Shown: piece after piece, positions 60,526 to 64,000 of the stretch
How the letters are laid out: every line of letters begins with the position of its first letter
Numbering within the stretch: the stretch's first letter is position 1
Source of the DNA: Staphylococcus phage vB_SsapH-Golestan-100
DNA length: 64,000 nt
Reading direction: 5' to 3' (one strand)
Sequence record: LC647030.1
The notes under the pieces: model-generated
The model's database searches: none
The model's input: the letters and a program-made list of their open reading frames with translations, nothing else
What the model was told of the DNA's origin: nothing
Made by a program: the position numbers and the translations under genes

Positions 60526-62403
60526 ATGGTTGTTTTTAAGAAGGTCATAATAAAAAACTTTATGGCAATAGAAGAAGCTGTGTTAGAATTAGATAATAGA
60601 GGTCTAGTTCTGATAGAAGGAGAAAATAAGTCTAATGAATCATATGTAAGTAATGGTTCATCAAAAACAACTTTATTATCTTCTATTACATACGCTTTAT
60701 ATGGTAAAACTGAAAAAGGTATTAAAGCTGATGATGTAGTAAACAACAAGCATAAAAAGAATACTAGTATTGTACTAGAGTTTATGATAGCAGAAGACTT
60801 ATATAGAATTGAACGTTATCGTAAAGATAAGGTAAACAAGAATAAGGTTAAATTATTCTGTAATGATAAAGAGATAACAGGCTCTACAAATGATGTAACT
60901 GACCAGCAGATACAAGACTTATTTAAGATAGATTATAACACATACTTAAATGCAATCATGTATGGTCAGGGAGACGTTCCTATGTTCTCTCAAGCTACAG
61001 ATAAAGGTAAAAAAGAGATACTTGAGTCTGTAACTGGAGTTGCTGTGTATCAGAAAGCACAGGAGGTAGCTAAAGAAAAGGTAAAGGAAGTAGCTTCTCA
61101 ACAGCAAGAGATAGAAAGAGACATTCAAACAAAAGAAATGGAAAAACAAAACATCAGAAATATATTTGATAGTAAGCTAGTAGACTATCAAAATACAATG
61201 GATGCTGTTAATCAAAAAACTGAGCAATTGAAATATGAGCAAGAGCAATACAATACACTTAGTCAGACCATAGATAGCCAGGTACAAGAGTTAGAATCTC
61301 AGAAACAAGAAGTACCTAGCAATGAGTTTACATACTCACAGGATTACTATAGTGCAAAGTCTAAGCTTGACCAAGTAGTTAAGATAGAGCAAGACCAATC
61401 ACAAAAGTATTATCAATGTTCTTCAGAGATAAAAATGTTAGAGCAAAATAAGAATAACTTAAATATAAATAAGAACTGCCCTGTTTGTGGGTCTGAATTA
61501 GATACCTCACACAAGGAGAAAGAGCTACAGTCTATAGAAGAACAACTAAGTTCATTAGCTGTCAATATAGGTACTATTAGCTCTCAAATGGATAAGATAA
61601 AACAAGCTAAAGAAAAGTTAGAAGGTATCATCCAAGATGAGGATAATAAAGCTTATCAAAATTCAAATAATGTATTGACAATAAAAGAAGCTAATGATAA
61701 GATAGACTCAGAGATAAGAAGAGTTAGGGAGCAGTTAACGCAAAAAGAGCATCAGCTATCTTTAATGCAAAATACGATAGACTCAATGTCTACCGTTCCA
61801 AAGCCTGTTTTAGATAATGAATCTATAGAGGAATTAGAAGCAGTTATTAAGTCTATGCAAAAAGACATTCTTGACTTAGAAGATAAGAAGACGTATTACT
61901 CACAAGCAGTAGATGCTTTTTCTAATAAAGGTATACGTTCTGTTATCTTAGATTTTGTAACACCATTCTTAAATGAAAAAGCTAATAAGTATTTAACTAT
62001 ACTTTCAGGCTCTGACATTGAAGTTAAGTTTCAAACTCAAGTAGAGAATAATAAAGGTGAATTAAAAGATAAGTTTGATGTTACTGTAGTAAACAAAAAC
62101 GGAGGTCAATCTTATAAAGCTAACTCAGCAGGAGAACAAAAGCGTATTGATTTAGCTATCAGCTTTGCTATACAAGACTTAATCATGGATAAGAATGACT
62201 TAGCTACTAATATCGCTCTATATGATGAGTGCTTTGATGGTTTGGACATTATCGGATGTGAAAATGTTATTACACTATTGAAAGATAGATTAAAAACTGT
62301 TCCAACTATCTTTGTTATCACGCATAATACCCATCTTGCTCCTTTATTTGAGAATTCAATAAAGGTTGTAAAAGAAAACGGAATAGCAAGACTAAAAAAT
62401 TAG
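60526..62403 (+). CDS. sbcC: SbcC/Rad50-like ATPase
   Basis: N-terminal P-loop region. CPVCG zinc hook in the coiled coil. SAGEQ signature and LYDECFDGLD Walker B at the C-terminus. Confidence 0.7.
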   Translation: MVVFKKVIIKNFMAIEEAVLELDNRGLVLIEGENKSNESYVSNGSSKTTLLSSITYALYGKTEKGIKADDVVNNKHKKNTSIVLEFMIAEDLYRIERYRKDKVNKNKVKLFCNDKEITGSTNDVTDQQIQDLFKIDYNTYLNAIMYGQGDVPMFSQATDKGKKEILESVTGVAVYQKAQEVAKEKVKEVASQQQEIERDIQTKEMEKQNIRNIFDSKLVDYQNTMDAVNQKTEQLKYEQEQYNTLSQTIDSQVQELESQKQEVPSNEFTYSQDYYSAKSKLDQVVKIEQDQSQKYYQCSSEIKMLEQNKNNLNINKNCPVCGSELDTSHKEKELQSIEEQLSSLAVNIGTISSQMDKIKQAKEKLEGIIQDEDNKAYQNSNNVLTIKEANDKIDSEIRRVREQLTQKEHQLSLMQNTIDSMSTVPKPVLDNESIEELEAVIKSMQKDILDLEDKKTYYSQAVDAFSNKGIRSVILDFVTPFLNEKANKYLTILSGSDIEVKFQTQVENNKGELKDKFDVTVVNKNGGQSYKANSAGEQKRIDLAISFAIQDLIMDKNDLATNIALYDECFDGLDIIGCENVITLLKDRLKTVPTIFVITHNTHLAPLFENSIKVVKENGIARLKN

Positions 62404-62414
62404 GAGGATTTAAG

Positions 62415-63017
62415 TTGAAACTACAACCTATAGATAAAGATTACTCTATGCTAGTTGTAAGGCATAAGAGATGTAATAAAGAAATTAAAGTGCATAATTC
62501 AGATTTAGTAAAGTTTTTCCCTTTCAATAACTTATACCAATACTATGTAAATGAGGAAGGAGATAGACTTATTTTTAGAAGATACGCAGGGGTATCTAAT
62601 ACCTCTTATGGTGTGGATGATACGTCAGCTGATGTTATTGAGGATAATAAAACATGTCGATTAGAGAATATGACTAATCCAGTTGTAGAGCAAGAGAACT
62701 TAGCTCTCATAGCACAAGCTAAAGAATGGGGTATACCAACCTTAGTAGATGAGGACTTCACAGAGAAGGACATACAGCAGGGATTCTACAAGCTAGGAGA
62801 CATTTTAGACATGTACTCTTCTATAATTACAGAACGTTATAAGGAGACAGTTAAAAACCCATTCTTTGATGAGAAGCAACGCATTCAGCAGACACGTATT
62901 GCTTTACATAAAGATAACAATAAGAGTTTTGAAGATGAATATAAGTTCATAGGAAGCTTATATACGATGTTAAACTATATGAGAAAAATGGTACGTAAAA
63001 AACAGTACGCAAGGTAG
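62415..63017 (+). CDS. Hypothetical protein (200 aa)
   Basis: TTG start with RBS aggagg. Confidence 0.4.
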   Translation: MKLQPIDKDYSMLVVRHKRCNKEIKVHNSDLVKFFPFNNLYQYYVNEEGDRLIFRRYAGVSNTSYGVDDTSADVIEDNKTCRLENMTNPVVEQENLALIAQAKEWGIPTLVDEDFTEKDIQQGFYKLGDILDMYSSIITERYKETVKNPFFDEKQRIQQTRIALHKDNNKSFEDEYKFIGSLYTMLNYMRKMVRKKQYAR

Positions 63018-63028
63018 GTGGATAGTTT

Positions 63029-64000
63029 ATGAAGTTTGAAGATTTCTTACCCTCTATTGCAGGGGAGTATAGAGAAGATGCTGTAGGAGAGTATAGATTT
63101 TGTTGCCCTTTCTGTGGAGAGACAAAGTATAAGTTCTATTTAAAGGTTTCTTTAGATAGTGATAATGGACTTTACCAGTGTAAGAAGTGTGGAGAATCAG
63201 GAAACCCTATCACCTTCATGAAAACCTACTTTGGAGCTAAGGACTATAAAGAAGCTAAAGACTTATTAGAGTCTAATGGTGTAGAAATAGAAGATACAGA
63301 CTTCAGAGGGGATTATAAAGACAAGTCATTGAGTGACCATGAGAAATTCATGCTATTCTTAAGTGGAGTGAAAGATACTCCTGAAGTTAAAAGTGATAAG
63401 TCCCCTGTGCCATTACCTACTAATCTCAAGTACATTAGACATAATGCTAATACACAAGAGGCACAACCTTTTATAAAGTATCTTCTTGGAAGAGGTATAA
63501 CAATGCAACAAATGATGAGCTTATCTATTGGTTACGTAGTCAATGGAGGTTATTATAAATCTGATGGCTCATATGCAACTCTAAGAAATTCAGTTGTATT
63601 CTTTACTTATGATTTAGACGGTAACTATGTTTACTGGAATACTAGAAGTATTGATGCCAATGCAGGAATTAAATCTATAAATGCTCCAGGTAAAAAGACT
63701 GAGTATACACGTAAAGATGTTGTTTTTAACTTGGATAAAGCACAGCACGCACCTTATATAGTATTACATGAAGGGGTTTTTGATGCTTTAACATTCTATA
63801 ATACAGGTATAGCCACTTTTGGTAAGCAGGTTACAGATACCCAAGTAGAGTTAATATTGTCAGTACTTAAAGGAACTGAAAAACCTTTATACTTATTTCT
63901 TGATAAGGATGCATTAACAGAAACCATGAATAGCGCAGAGAAGTTTTATAGGGAACACCCGTATACTTATGTAGTACCTCATGGAGATGAAGATGCTAAC
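63029..64000 (+). CDS. DNA primase (partial; continues past the window end)
   Basis: CPFCGE...CKKCG CHC2 zinc finger. TOPRIM-like VLHEGVFDALTF. RBS aaggtagg. Confidence 0.6.
   Translation, partial: MKFEDFLPSIAGEYREDAVGEYRFCCPFCGETKYKFYLKVSLDSDNGLYQCKKCGESGNPITFMKTYFGAKDYKEAKDLLESNGVEIEDTDFRGDYKDKSLSDHEKFMLFLSGVKDTPEVKSDKSPVPLPTNLKYIRHNANTQEAQPFIKYLLGRGITMQQMMSLSIGYVVNGGYYKSDGSYATLRNSVVFFTYDLDGNYVYWNTRSIDANAGIKSINAPGKKTEYTRKDVVFNLDKAQHAPYIVLHEGVFDALTFYNTGIATFGKQVTDTQVELILSVLKGTEKPLYLFLDKDALTETMNSAEKFYREHPYTYVVPHGDEDAN

Overview
This 64-kb window is a segment of a large, AT-rich (about 30% GC) virulent Firmicutes myovirus with Twort-like / Herelleviridae gene order. The two lysins carry lysostaphin-type SH3b wall-binding domains, which points to a Staphylococcus host. 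The layout, left to right, is as follows.

(a) Positions 1-1790 are an ORF-free, relatively GC-rich, stem-rich 1.7-kb block. It ends in a minus-strand intrinsic terminator and is a candidate large structured RNA.

(b) A leftward operon at 1792-6697 carries the large-terminase gene. This gene is split by a td-like group I intron that encodes a homing-endonuclease-like ORF.

(c) A rightward block holds small membrane proteins, then a 560-bp AT-rich tandem-repeat/operator-like region, then the lysis cassette. The cassette comprises an Amidase_2 endolysin, a CHAP endolysin with a duplicated SH3b domain, a Pro/Asn/Gly-repeat membrane protein, and a holin-like protein.

(d) The structural module follows: portal, prohead protease, scaffold-like acidic protein, major capsid protein, head/neck proteins, tail sheath, and a tail-tube gene. 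The tube gene appears to be interrupted by a small ORF-less group I intron related to the terL intron. Next come tail chaperones with an apparent +1 frameshift and a tape-measure protein with a lysozyme-like domain. After these is a tail-associated CHAP hydrolase, then a 1132-aa tail protein whose C-terminus resembles poly-gamma-glutamate hydrolase (PghP). The module ends with a LysM/gp25-like wedge, a baseplate-J protein, and large adsorption/receptor-binding proteins.

(e) A small minus-strand accessory island encodes a Rad52-like annealing protein and a DGQHR (ParB-like) nuclease.

(f) The replication module contains an SF2 helicase whose P-loop is interrupted by a 267-aa intein, a Rep-like protein, a DnaB-like helicase, SbcD, SbcC/Rad50 and the start of a primase.

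All calls are made from sequence reading and protein-motif recognition only. No database searches or folding were run.
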